NCBI GenBank assembly: GCA_022601195.1
Contig: JAHZIX010000041.1
Coordinates: 102,668-166,667 of the forward strand
Direction of reading: 5' to 3'
DNA: 64,000 nucleotides
Source: Deltaproteobacteria bacterium
Lineage (GTDB): Bacteria; Acidobacteriota; Thermoanaerobaculia; Multivoradales; JAHZIX01
Positions 9,385-19,139 of the stretch are shown one piece after another. The notes under the pieces were generated by a model, which had not been told where the DNA came from, did no database searches, and saw nothing but the letters and a program-made list of their open reading frames with translations. Made by a program: the position numbers and the translations under genes. Position 1 is the stretch's first letter. Each line of letters begins with the position of its first letter.

Positions 9385-12300
9385 TTAAGGCGCCTGTTGC
9401 GTTGCGAATTTGATCGCATCCATCTCGAGAGCCAGAAAATTGAATGTCTCGTCGAAAACAGCATCTCCTTGGTACATCCAATCGATGGTCTCATTCGCGG
9501 CTTGATTGCAGGTTTCTCGAACATCCATCGTGTCCAGAAGTACATCGCAAGGACATACTTCAGCCGGCACTGTATCCACCAACCAATCCTGATCGTCGTC
9601 ATTGTTCGGAGATTCAGGAAGGTCATCCGGAGATTCCAGGTTCAAAATCGACAGGAGATCCTGGTATCCATGGCGAGACTCGTGCAAGACGGTCACGACC
9701 AAGGCCTCGTTCAGACTAGGAGCACAGGCACTCGGCAGCATCTCGCCGGGTACTCGAATGAACACACTATTGAAGAGGTCTATCTGCATCTCCAGCTGGC
9801 CAGAATGATCTGGATCTACCCCGGCGATCGCATTACTTTCCCCTTCGAAGGCTTCTTGACGATAGCCAGTGATGGTAGCGAGCACATCTGAAGTGGGCCT
9901 ACTTTTTCCGTACTCTTCAAAAATATCTAGCATTCTCGCTTCGAACCAATCGGGGAAGGCACCTCGAGACCGCGGATCGACCTGTTCATTGTCTACCCAT
10001 TGCTCAACATAAAGTGGCTCGGCCCGGAACATCTCATAATTCAGCACTACAAAAACGCCTTCCGGAGGCTTTTCACCATCGATGAACTCGATCTGTGACT
10101 TCACCTCAAAGGTTGCTGTCCCTGAAAATGAGATCTCTACCGAAGATGGAAACTCACCGGCATTGCGATGATAAATCCGGTCGTCACTCTGCTCATCGAT
10201 TTCAACAGTTCCTTGGAAGTCGTGAATCGGTGTACCCGTACCCGATCGAACAGCTGTTACTCGAAGCACAGTATCTTCTGTATACAGACCGTCGTCGCTA
10301 ATCTCTGTGGGTGAGTCCTGGGTCAGGCGCATTTGTACCTGATAGACATTCACGATCATCCCTCTGCGAATCTTGACGTCCGAACACTCCAGACATCGAA
10401 GCTCCGCCTCGACCAAGAAATATCCATCGGCAAGATAATCGTGGGAAACGGTTTCACCGATCTCCTCGCCACCATCTCCAAATTTCCAACGCACTTCGAC
10501 GTTTGGGCAGTCATGGTTTGCAGGCAGAATCTCTGTTGAAAAAGAAACTGTGGCCACCCCGGATTCATCTCGCTCGATCTCCAGCATCACGTCTTCACCA
10601 TTGCCCTCAATGCGCAAGTCCGAGATGCCGATGGCTGATCCTTTGCACTCCGGAAAAATCGGGTTGGTGAATCGGCAAATATCCTCCGACGTGCAGGAAT
10701 CATTGTCGTCACAGGGGCAGCTCCCGAGATTCAACCCTTGTCCTTCAAACTCAAAGGGCTCTGTAAGGTCGGTTGGGCACCCTGGAGAGCAGCCAATTCC
10801 GTTACAGATAAAACACGGTTTGCAGTTATGGGGTGTCCCTACTGCCGCTGGATTCCCTCCGCAATGCCAGCCAGCCTTGACAATACCGACTCCAGGGTCG
10901 GACTCGAGGACAGTTCCGTCCACACTGACCGTTCCTGGTCCGATACTCACGAACTGCCCCAGGTCGTGGTCGAAGGAGTACAGCTCTGTGCTCTCGCCGG
11001 GCTGTAGCTCCTCGACATTGGGCAAAGTGAATTTCGCTGGCGGATCGAAGACCGCTCCGGCAGGCTGGATCGTCAAAATGAAGCGGGGCTGTAGTCCGAA
11101 GCTTGGCACCATGGGGACCTTGTCGCCGTGTACCAGCGTCGCCGAGACCACCCCGTTCTGCCCGCCGTCCGGGAAGGTCACACTTCCGGGAGCGACTTCT
11201 AGAGAGAATCCTGGCAGCTCCGGCAAAGTCAGAACACCCCCCACTGAGGCACTCACCGCCAAGCCACGCGCGGTATCCAACGGCAGCAGGTAAATCGGCA
11301 TCCCCAGCGTGTTGTCCTGCCCGGGAACAGTGGTCAGCTCGAATTCCAGATGAGGCCAATCGCCAGGCCGCGAAGCCGTGTTTCCGTCTACTTCTAGGTG
11401 ATAGGTACCAACTGGAACCGGATGGAGCCGGAAGATCCCCTCCGTATCCGTTTGGACGGAGAGTGCGGTACCGGGCAGAGATACGGTGACGCCGGGAACA
11501 GGCTGGTCAGAGTTGTCGACGACCAGGCCACTGATCGAGGTATCGGCAGGATCTCCCGCCGCTTTTCCGGAAGCGACGAAGCCTGCCACCGGGACCTGCG
11601 GAAAATCTGGAAGATCTACCTCGACAAGGTTGTTGGCCACCCCTTCCGCAGGCCCTAGAGTCAGGTTTGCGGCTACGCGACCGTTCGCATCGGTGATACC
11701 TATCAGTTCTGCTTCTCCGCTTCCAAAAGCACCTCCCCCTTGTACGGCTCGGAGACGCACTGATATGCCAGGGAGGCGATTAAACCCACTATCCGTAACC
11801 ACGGCTACGAGGGGCTCCGGAAGTGCCTGATTCACGGCACCCGTTTGTTGGCTTCCGCGATCCATGATGAGGTTCGAAGGAGGCCCGGGGAGCGCTGATG
11901 CCAGAAAGGTCAGGTGCCCCGGAACACCCCTTGCCGAGACCTCGACCCGTTGATTGCCAACGCCGACTCGCGTGCCCAATCGGAAAGTAGTTGCAGCCTG
12001 CCCATCGGGCCCCGTTACGAGCGCTCGTGTGCGCTCACCAGACCCGAGTACTCCATTCGTTCTCACGGCCGAAAACACCACCTGCTCTCCAATCACTGGG
12101 TTGCCATCGGAATCTTCCAGTCTCACAACAAATGGTAAAGCAAGATCCGTTCCGATCTCGGCCTGCTGGAGATCTCCTGAGACTCTTATCAGACGCCTCG
12201 TGGGCTGAGGGAGGCGCTCAACTCCGATCATTGTGCTGGTCTGATTCCCATTGGTGTCCACAGCTTGAACCGTCAACGTGTTGGTTCCGATTGCCAGGGA

Positions 12301-14001
12301 CAGATTCGGCAGCAGAAAGCTACGGTTCACGACCACGGCTTCCTGACCGTTGACCAGGACGGTGACGTCCTCGGCATTCGTCGTACCGGGCCCCACATCA
12401 TTGACCAGGCCGGAAACCGAAATCGTCTCTTCGTAAAGCTCTGCGCCGTTCTGCGGGTAATCGACCCGCACTCGGGGAGAAGTGTCGTCCCGGAACACTC
12501 GTACCGTTGCCACGGCCTGTCCACCGGCCGGGTCGGTGGCTACGGCCGACAGCCTTGTCGCCCCAGGGCCCACCGGTACGTTCGGGGCGGTAAAGGAAGT
12601 TCCCGTGATGGCCGCGACGATTCCGCTGACCGTCACGCTCGCAACTGGATCACTCACCGTCCCCGTGACATCGACGGACGAGACTTGAAGGAGGTCACCT
12701 TCTCGAGGCGTGTCAATCGTCACCGTAGGGGCGTCGACCCGTCGTAGCGGCAAGGCGACCTCGGCCTCATTCCCGGCTCGATCCGAGGCTTGCAAGATCA
12801 CTTCTTGAGGGCCACTTACCAGGTCGACCTGGGTATCGAAGAATCCATCGTTTACCGGCACAGGCACACCCGCCACCTCGAAGCTGGCCAACTCGCGATC
12901 GTCCTCGACGAGACCAACGATTCGAACCGTCGGCGTATTGACGACTTCATCTGCTCTTGGAGCGATAACTTCAATCACGGGAGGTTCGGTATCCAGAATA
13001 CCCACCACCGTGGTGTGTTCCGCCATACCGAGGCGATCCGTGGCGAGAGCCAGAATGAAATTGTCGCCTGGCTCCAGCTCTATCTCTGCTTGGAAAGCAC
13101 TCCCAGACACCACTGCCTCAACACCATTCACTAGGACGGAGGCGACCGCATCTGAATCCGTCACCATCCCCTGCACGAGCATCTGGGAATCACGGGTGAG
13201 GAATCCTGGCGGCGGATCCAGGATAGCCACTGACGGCGGCACCTGGTCGAGAACGAATTCGAATTCCCAACTGCCTTGACCAGCGTTATCACTGTCGTCC
13301 CAGATCAGCGCATGGATCTGATGAAGCCCGAGATCAAGCTCTGATCCGAGCCCGCAGATGGCCTCGACGCTCCCGACCGCGCAACGCACCGAAACATCTT
13401 CTCCATCAAGAAATGCACGAAAGCTCTCCGGTACGATCTTGCCACCAATGTCGGCGTATTCGAAGGTCAATTCTGCCGGCGCATAGTTAAAGACAACCGG
13501 TTCAGGGGCTGTCAACGTTATTACGGGAGGCGTGCTGTCCGGCGTATCCGTGGCCGCTGCTGCCCACCGAAAAAGATCGCCCGACTCGAAGCCATCAGCA
13601 AAGATGAGCTCTCCCGGTGGCGCGGGGGGGCTGATGACGTCAAAGAATCGGATCGCTTCAGCCGTACTGCCATCATCGCTCGAGATGGAGGCTCTGATCT
13701 CATGCTGTCCGTCGGTAAGGCCACTCAAAGCACAGGAGGCGAAAAGTGGAGTGACAGTGCATTGGGTTGTGACCTCGGCTACGTCGACGAAGACCTGGAG
13801 AGTCTCCGTAACGATGGCGGCATCGGGGTCGGAGTAAATTAGAAATAGGCCTGGATTCGGACCGGTCTGCTCACCCTTCGCTGGTTGCCGGATCTCGATG
13901 CTTGGGACGGCCTGAGCCATTTTGGGAAGGAATCCCCATATCCATACGCCCAAGAGCAAGAGAACTCGGCTAGATCTGCGAGCGTTCCAACTAGTGATCA
14001 T
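9385..14001 (-). CDS. giant secreted multidomain protein (Ig-like/Big, carboxypeptidase-regulatory-like, Cys-rich module, PKD domain) with C-terminal HExxH-containing domain
   Basis: 1538 aa with signal peptide MITSWNARRSSRVLLLLGVWIWGFLPKMAQA. A PKD-type motif is present (VRWKFGDGGEEIGETVSHDYLADGYFLVEAEL). A Cys-rich segment (CKPCFICNGIGCSPGCP...CPCDDNDSC) is present. The C-terminal region contains VTVLHESRHGY (HExxH). Confidence 0.8.
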   Translation of the reverse strand: MITSWNARRSSRVLLLLGVWIWGFLPKMAQAVPSIEIRQPAKGEQTGPNPGLFLIYSDPDAAIVTETLQVFVDVAEVTTQCTVTPLFASCALSGLTDGQHEIRASISSDDGSTAEAIRFFDVISPPAPPGELIFADGFESGDLFRWAAAATDTPDSTPPVITLTAPEPVVFNYAPAELTFEYADIGGKIVPESFRAFLDGEDVSVRCAVGSVEAICGLGSELDLGLHQIHALIWDDSDNAGQGSWEFEFVLDQVPPSVAILDPPPGFLTRDSQMLVQGMVTDSDAVASVLVNGVEAVVSGSAFQAEIELEPGDNFILALATDRLGMAEHTTVVGILDTEPPVIEVIAPRADEVVNTPTVRIVGLVEDDRELASFEVAGVPVPVNDGFFDTQVDLVSGPQEVILQASDRAGNEAEVALPLRRVDAPTVTIDTPREGDLLQVSSVDVTGTVSDPVASVTVSGIVAAITGTSFTAPNVPVGPGATRLSAVATDPAGGQAVATVRVFRDDTSPRVRVDYPQNGAELYEETISVSGLVNDVGPGTTNAEDVTVLVNGQEAVVVNRSFLLPNLSLAIGTNTLTVQAVDTNGNQTSTMIGVERLPQPTRRLIRVSGDLQQAEIGTDLALPFVVRLEDSDGNPVIGEQVVFSAVRTNGVLGSGERTRALVTGPDGQAATTFRLGTRVGVGNQRVEVSARGVPGHLTFLASALPGPPSNLIMDRGSQQTGAVNQALPEPLVAVVTDSGFNRLPGISVRLRAVQGGGAFGSGEAELIGITDANGRVAANLTLGPAEGVANNLVEVDLPDFPQVPVAGFVASGKAAGDPADTSISGLVVDNSDQPVPGVTVSLPGTALSVQTDTEGIFRLHPVPVGTYHLEVDGNTASRPGDWPHLEFELTTVPGQDNTLGMPIYLLPLDTARGLAVSASVGGVLTLPELPGFSLEVAPGSVTFPDGGQNGVVSATLVHGDKVPMVPSFGLQPRFILTIQPAGAVFDPPAKFTLPNVEELQPGESTELYSFDHDLGQFVSIGPGTVSVDGTVLESDPGVGIVKAGWHCGGNPAAVGTPHNCKPCFICNGIGCSPGCPTDLTEPFEFEGQGLNLGSCPCDDNDSCTSEDICRFTNPIFPECKGSAIGISDLRIEGNGEDVMLEIERDESGVATVSFSTEILPANHDCPNVEVRWKFGDGGEEIGETVSHDYLADGYFLVEAELRCLECSDVKIRRGMIVNVYQVQMRLTQDSPTEISDDGLYTEDTVLRVTAVRSGTGTPIHDFQGTVEIDEQSDDRIYHRNAGEFPSSVEISFSGTATFEVKSQIEFIDGEKPPEGVFVVLNYEMFRAEPLYVEQWVDNEQVDPRSRGAFPDWFEARMLDIFEEYGKSRPTSDVLATITGYRQEAFEGESNAIAGVDPDHSGQLEMQIDLFNSVFIRVPGEMLPSACAPSLNEALVVTVLHESRHGYQDLLSILNLESPDDLPESPNNDDDQDWLVDTVPAEVCPCDVLLDTMDVRETCNQAANETIDWMYQGDAVFDETFNFLALEMDAIKFATQQAP

Positions 14002-14877
14002 GCCTCTTCTCTTTTCCGTTCACCACATCCCCCAATTACCTTTTTCCACCACTCAAAGCTACGAAACCGACTACGGAACTCCAAGGCCATCGTGTCTCCA
14101 TCGGTAAATAGCGAGGCCACCATAGAATTCCTCTCTGACTGAGCGATCTTTAGCTCCACAGCTAGGCTCCCTCATGGCCTCTACAAAGAAACGCGCTTTT
14201 CTTCTCCTCACTGGAATCATCGGCTGGTACATTCTTCGGATACTGGGTGTCTCCCGTGCACCTCAGAGACACCTATCTGGCAAGCCTGATCTAGAAACTA
14301 CGTGGCAGGTTTATCTTGCAAATGAAGAAGGCCATGCCTACAACTGGCGTAGCTCACGTGCAGCGCCGCCCAGAATGACTCGAAGACGACCGTTGTTCGT
14401 TGGCGCCAATCCCTGTTGCTGTTCCGCAGAATCGAGCACCTGACAGACTGAGCGAAACCTACCCAGAGAGGCATCGCATAGGAAAAACAGCCAACAGCTT
14501 CCACGCAGCTGATGGAAACGGTCTGGGCAGAGGCTCCATCGAGCCAGCTACTTTGTCTCTTCCCACCCGCCCCATCTCGTTCTCTGCACAGCCCGCCAGG
14601 GGCAGCAAAACTCGACGAACAGGCGCTTAGGTTCTTGGCAAAAGGGGCGAAAGAAACCGATACCGACCGACCTCAAAGCGAGAGGCCGGTCCCCAAAGGA
14701 AAAACTTTCTTTCAACTGGGTGGGTCAGGTGTTGCAGTGGGTACCCGCTCAACCCTCCGGGGGAGCAGCTCCTTCCAGCAAATAAATGAAAGGGCAATCA
14801 GGCAATCACCTTGAACCTCTGGCGACTCCGGCTCACTCAAAACCCTCGAGCAACTTCTGCTAAGGTCCGGGGGCTCC

Positions 14878-15489
14878 ATGACTACGGAATCTCACCAGAT
14901 CACCCAGCTCCTCCAGCAGCATCGCGAAGGTGACCCGAAAGCCCTCGAGAGCCTGATCCCGCTGGTCTACCCCCAATTGCAGCGCATGGCGAGGGTGCAA
15001 CTGCGGAAGGGAGGCTCCCTTACCCTTGACACCGTGGGGCTGGTCCACGAGGCGTATTTACGCCTGGTGAAGGATATGGAAGTGCATTGGCAGGATCGCG
15101 AACACTTCTTTGCCGTCCTCACGCGAGCCATGCGATTCATCGTCATCGACCAGCTTCGGGAGCGGCAAGCTCAAAAGCGCGGTGGAGATGTCGAGCGAGT
15201 CACCCTCGACGCCGAGCTCGTAGGCGACCTCTACCCCCTCGACGCCGCTCTCACCGTGAGCCGAGTCGTCGACCAGCTAGCGACTTTCAACGAGAGACTC
15301 GCCAAGGTGGTGGAATGTCGCTTTTTCGTCGGAATGGATGACCGAGAGATCGGCGAAGCTTTGGGACTTTCCGAACGCACGGTGCAGAGGGATTGGCTCA
15401 AGGCTCGGGCCTGGCTGCACCGGGCCTTGGAAGAAACCCGCCGCTCAGGTGGATTGGAAGCCTCCCAGAAGACCCCCGAGAACCGCTGA
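14878..15489 (+). CDS. ECF-type RNA polymerase sigma factor of the Ser/Thr-kinase-associated family (TIGR02999 / PF07638-like)
   Basis: 203 aa. N-terminus ITQLLQQHREGDPKALESLIPLVYPQLQRMARVQL...TLDTVGLVHEAYLRL and C-terminal region-4 HTH (ERTVQRDWLKARAWL) match the Pirellula-type ECF sigma family, which is typically encoded beside Ser/Thr kinases. Confidence 0.8.
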   Translation: MTTESHQITQLLQQHREGDPKALESLIPLVYPQLQRMARVQLRKGGSLTLDTVGLVHEAYLRLVKDMEVHWQDREHFFAVLTRAMRFIVIDQLRERQAQKRGGDVERVTLDAELVGDLYPLDAALTVSRVVDQLATFNERLAKVVECRFFVGMDDREIGEALGLSERTVQRDWLKARAWLHRALEETRRSGGLEASQKTPENR

Positions 15490-15500
15490 CCCAACTGAGA

Positions 15501-15680
15501 GCACCTAGCCCCAACTTCTCACCCGCCTTCTGCTACGGCTCCGTATCGGCCCGAATCTACGTCGCCAGATTTCGCTTCCTCTCCTCGACAGAGTGCAACT
15601 CTCCCTGGGTCACGAAATTCGCCCTCTTCCTCGTATCTCCAAGGCATCTACGGCACCTCGCGACGAAGTCGGTGAGACGT
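15501..15680. repeat. ~180-bp repeat element, copy A (inverted relative to copy B at 18380-18558)
   Basis: Reverse complement of 15501-15680 aligns at ~80% identity with 18380-18558; a shared core is gtagatgccttggagatacgaggaagagg. Each copy carries a terminal inverted repeat ttctcacc...ggtgaga. Confidence 0.8.
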
Positions 15681-15687
15681 TCGGGCT

Positions 15688-18327
15688 CTAGAGGGATGGC
15701 GGCTCGGTCCATGGGAGGTAACGCTGAGTGGCAACCTCGTCACCGCGAGCCTGATGAAATTGCACCAGAGTAGCTGCGGTTTGGCGAAGCGCCAGGCTAG
15801 CGGGAGCCTGCCTTCCATGGAGCTCTTCGAAGGCCGACTCCAGAGCCGTGAGGGCTTCTTCCCTTCGACCCTGGGCCAGGAGCAGCTGCCCCTCCAGGCT
15901 CCGCACCATCGCTTGCACCAAATGCCCCTTGGGGGTGATTTCGGTAACGATCTTCTGAGCCGCCTCGAGGTGCTCTGCTGCCCCCTCGAGGTCTTGCCGT
16001 GACAACGCTATCTGCAACAGAGTGCCATGCATGACCGCCGTTCGGGTGCGGCCCCCGGGGTTACCTCGTGAATATATCTCCAGAGCCTGCCGAGCCAGAG
16101 GCTCTGCCTCCTCCACCGCTCCCCGAGCCACCAATACCTGCGCTAAGTTGTCGATACTGTGAGACCGGTTGGGATGGGAGGGGCCATAGGCGAGCAGACT
16201 GAGCTCCATCGCTTCTCGAGCGGTCACTTCGGCCTCCTCGAGGAGTCCCCTCTGCAACCGTGCCTGAGTGAGATGCCCGAGAACACTCACGATGGCGAGA
16301 CGATCCTCGGTCTCAGCGGCACGATGAATGTCTAAAGAACGGTGAAAGAGGGACTCGGCCTCGGCCGCCTTGCCCCGCCGCACCAGAGCGCCACCGAGAT
16401 AGTTCAAGGAGGTGGCGACAGTAGGATGATGGTCCCCTAGATGCTGGCGGTAGAGATCCAGACTCCTCCTCCGCAAAGCCTCGCAACGAGCATCGTGCCC
16501 GAGAGAGCCCAAGGCGTGGCTCAGAATCGTCTCCCCCCGGGCAATCTCCAGGGGCTCCTCAGGAGCTACGATCTGGAGAGTCTCCACACTTTCCCGAAGC
16601 AATTTCGCGGACCGATCTAACTCACCGAAGGAAGCCAACATCTCTCCTAGGAGGCGTTGGCTCAACGCCACCGATTTGTGCCTTCCCGGATGCAGCCGCT
16701 GCCGCAATACCAGCGCTTCCTCGGCCAGAGGGCGAGCATCCTCGTAACGCCCTAAATTCAAGTAGGCACGTCCCAGCGCATCCATCAAAGCTGCTTGGAC
16801 CTCTGGCGAATCCGCGAGCTCTTCTCCGATACGGGCCGCGGCGGGATCCAAGAGTGTTTCTACGATGGCCTTTTCGCCAACCGGATCGGTCTTTGCCCGC
16901 TCCAACACTTCGACCAACACCTGGCTGATTCGCTGTGCCACCGCGGCTTCCTGCTCCGCAACCCCTCTAGCGCGGGTGGCCTCTCGGGCCTGCCAAAGAG
17001 CAGCGACCAAAGCCAAGGAGACGGCAGCTACCGCCAGAGCCGCCAGAGTCGTCACGACGGCATGGCGCTTCACCCACTTACGCACCAGATAGGTCGGGGT
17101 ACTGCGTCGAGCGGTCACGGGAAGGTCTTCGAGCCAACGCCTCAAGTCCTTCCCCAGCTGCTCCGCCGTTGGGTAGCGAGCTGACGGATCGGCAGCCAGA
17201 GCCTTCGAAACGACTGCGTCGAGATCTCCGGCCACCTGCTTGCGCAACTGCGAGATTCGGGTAGACCGTAGCGCCGCTCGTGAAGATTGGGTCGACGATT
17301 GGCTCCCGTCGGCCTTGGAGAGGCTGTCAGAGGCCAGGGGAGCATTGCCTTTCAAGACCTGAGCGAAGAGAGACTCAGTTCCCGCGGTGGTCTCATAGGG
17401 TAGCCGGCCAGTCACCAATTGGAAGAGGACGACACCCAGAGAGTAGACATCACTACTCGTGGTGACCGGTTGGCCCTCGATCTGCTCCGGACTGGCGTAG
17501 GAAGGGGACAACAACCGCGCCGAAGAAGGGCCCCTGGAATCTATCCCGCTCCTCGGAGCCGACTCCGAGACGCTGGCGATTCCAAAGTCGAGAAGCTTCA
17601 CCACTCCTTCATGGGTGACCAGAATATTCCCTGGCTTGAGGTCTCGGTGGACGATCAAGTTCTGGTGGGCATATTGAACCGCCCGGCAGACCGCTCCAAA
17701 GAGATCCAACCGAGCCCTGATATCGAGGCGTTTCTGATCGCAGTAGCGTTCGATGGGCAATCCATCTACTAACTCCATGGCGAGGAAGGGGCGCCCTAGG
17801 GAATCCACTCCCCCGTCCAGCAACCGGGCGATATTCTCGTGATTCAGGCCGGCGAGAAACTGACGTTCCTGCTCGAAGAGGCGAATTGCTTCCGGGGAAA
17901 GACTTCCTGCCGGAAGGAGCTTGAGAGCGACTTGCTGCTCGAAAGCACCATCCGCTCGATCAGCGCGGTAGACGATCCCCATCCCGCCGCTACCAATCTG
18001 TTCCACCAACCGATAGGCACCCACCCGACGATCGGGAACCGCCTCACCAGACGCCAGGTCTCGTACCCAGGTACCGAGGCGGTTCAGCAATGCATCGCTC
18101 TCTGCGACTGGCCCATCGGCGGCAACTCCGTAGCCTTCCAGGAGGGAAGCGCAAGGACCCGTGAAATGAAGGAGCTCCGCCAACTCATGGCGCAGTTCCT
18201 CATCTCCCACTCGAGACACGAAGAGGCCACGCTCCTCCCTAGGCAGCTCCAACGCTTCCTCCATCAGAGCATCCAACACGGCCATGCGCTCGGAATCCAA
18301 GCTAGCGATCTCCTCCCCCAAATTCAA
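15688..18327 (-). CDS. serine/threonine protein kinase with transmembrane segment and C-terminal TPR repeats
   Basis: TTG start with GGAG RBS. Kinase motifs VHRDLKPGNILV, DFGIA and SPEQ are present. One TM helix (VVTTLAALAVAAVSLALVAALW) is followed by ~450 aa of TPR-like repeats. Confidence 0.9.
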   Translation of the reverse strand: MNLGEEIASLDSERMAVLDALMEEALELPREERGLFVSRVGDEELRHELAELLHFTGPCASLLEGYGVAADGPVAESDALLNRLGTWVRDLASGEAVPDRRVGAYRLVEQIGSGGMGIVYRADRADGAFEQQVALKLLPAGSLSPEAIRLFEQERQFLAGLNHENIARLLDGGVDSLGRPFLAMELVDGLPIERYCDQKRLDIRARLDLFGAVCRAVQYAHQNLIVHRDLKPGNILVTHEGVVKLLDFGIASVSESAPRSGIDSRGPSSARLLSPSYASPEQIEGQPVTTSSDVYSLGVVLFQLVTGRLPYETTAGTESLFAQVLKGNAPLASDSLSKADGSQSSTQSSRAALRSTRISQLRKQVAGDLDAVVSKALAADPSARYPTAEQLGKDLRRWLEDLPVTARRSTPTYLVRKWVKRHAVVTTLAALAVAAVSLALVAALWQAREATRARGVAEQEAAVAQRISQVLVEVLERAKTDPVGEKAIVETLLDPAAARIGEELADSPEVQAALMDALGRAYLNLGRYEDARPLAEEALVLRQRLHPGRHKSVALSQRLLGEMLASFGELDRSAKLLRESVETLQIVAPEEPLEIARGETILSHALGSLGHDARCEALRRRSLDLYRQHLGDHHPTVATSLNYLGGALVRRGKAAEAESLFHRSLDIHRAAETEDRLAIVSVLGHLTQARLQRGLLEEAEVTAREAMELSLLAYGPSHPNRSHSIDNLAQVLVARGAVEEAEPLARQALEIYSRGNPGGRTRTAVMHGTLLQIALSRQDLEGAAEHLEAAQKIVTEITPKGHLVQAMVRSLEGQLLLAQGRREEALTALESAFEELHGRQAPASLALRQTAATLVQFHQARGDEVATQRYLPWTEPPSL

Positions 18328-18379
18328 ACCGGCTCCACCTAGCCTACGGTATGGCCACTTCTGACGGCTAGAGGCCTAA

Positions 18380-18558
18380 ATTCTCACCAACTTCGTCGCG
18401 AAGTACTGTAGATGCCTTGGAGATACGAGGAAGAGGCCGAATCTCGTGCCGCGGGCAGAGTTCCATTCTGTCGAGGACAGGATTCGATGTCCCGACAACG
18501 TAGATCCAGGCAGATAGGGAGCCTTAGAAGAAGGCTGGTGAGAAATTCGGCCTAGGCT
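18380..18558. repeat. ~180-bp repeat element, copy B (inverted partner of 15501-15680)
   Basis: See copy A. Lies in the 5' region of the kinase gene, on the opposite strand. Confidence 0.8.
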
Positions 18559-19027
18559 TGCCAAGCCCCCCGTCGAGACAAAGAAGTCGGTAGCTCGACC
18601 GACCAACCAACCTGTAATGCCTTCGAAACCATCGGATCCGAGATTCTCTCGCTGACCGTAGGGGAATCCCGAATATGCTCGGCGACCAGGCTCGATTCCG
18701 CAGGATCGGTGGCAACAAAGCGGCTCAGGCCCCACAGGGTGACCATGGCCAGTCCAACAGAAACACGTAAGGCTGAATGACTTATGAGAATCGACATGAC
18801 AAGGGTCTCCAAGGCTCTCGCTAAGCAGGTCAAGGTGAATGGGTCGAAGGAATCCGCTGGAATTGCACCCGCTTTCGATTCCTCGCCGAAGACCCCAGCT
18901 CCAGGCAGGGGCCTTCTTCTCATCCTCGGAGAAATTCTCTTTTTAGCGACACCCTCGAGAAATTTTCTCGAATCAGGCTGCTCGAGAAACCGGGAGAGGC
19001 CCACCACGGCGCCGAGAGGCCTTGGGA

Positions 19028-19058
19028 GGCTTGAAAGCTGGGGGGCTTGAAAGCTGGG
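19028..19058. repeat. 15-bp tandem duplication (ggcttgaaagctggg x2)
   Basis: Direct tandem copies separated by 1 nt, just downstream of the anti-sigma gene stop. Confidence 0.7.
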
Positions 19059-19139
19059 AGGCTAGGAAAATCTTCTTCCGTCGGCTCTTAGAGCTTTGAG
19101 GTCAGCATCGAAATCGCAGGACCGGCCCGGAAACATGCC

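Noticed and set aside
14001-14878. ORFs 14174..14443 and 14512..14814 in the 880-bp divergent intergenic region
   Set aside because: Low-complexity Pro/Arg-rich translations with no RBS; the region is more likely a long regulatory leader for the giant-protein and sigma genes.
18380-18558. tmRNA-like impression (ggattcgatg...cgacaacgtag) in repeat copy B
   Set aside because: The resemblance to the tmRNA 5' end is short and is not shared by copy A, whose sequence diverges exactly there. No tag-peptide reading frame or tRNA-like 3' end (TPsiC arm + CCA) is present.
18552-19007. 151-aa minus-strand ORF between kinase and anti-sigma genes
   Set aside because: Its C-terminal third is read through repeat copy B and the translation is low-complexity. 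It has no RBS at any Met and no motif; likely non-coding 5' leader.
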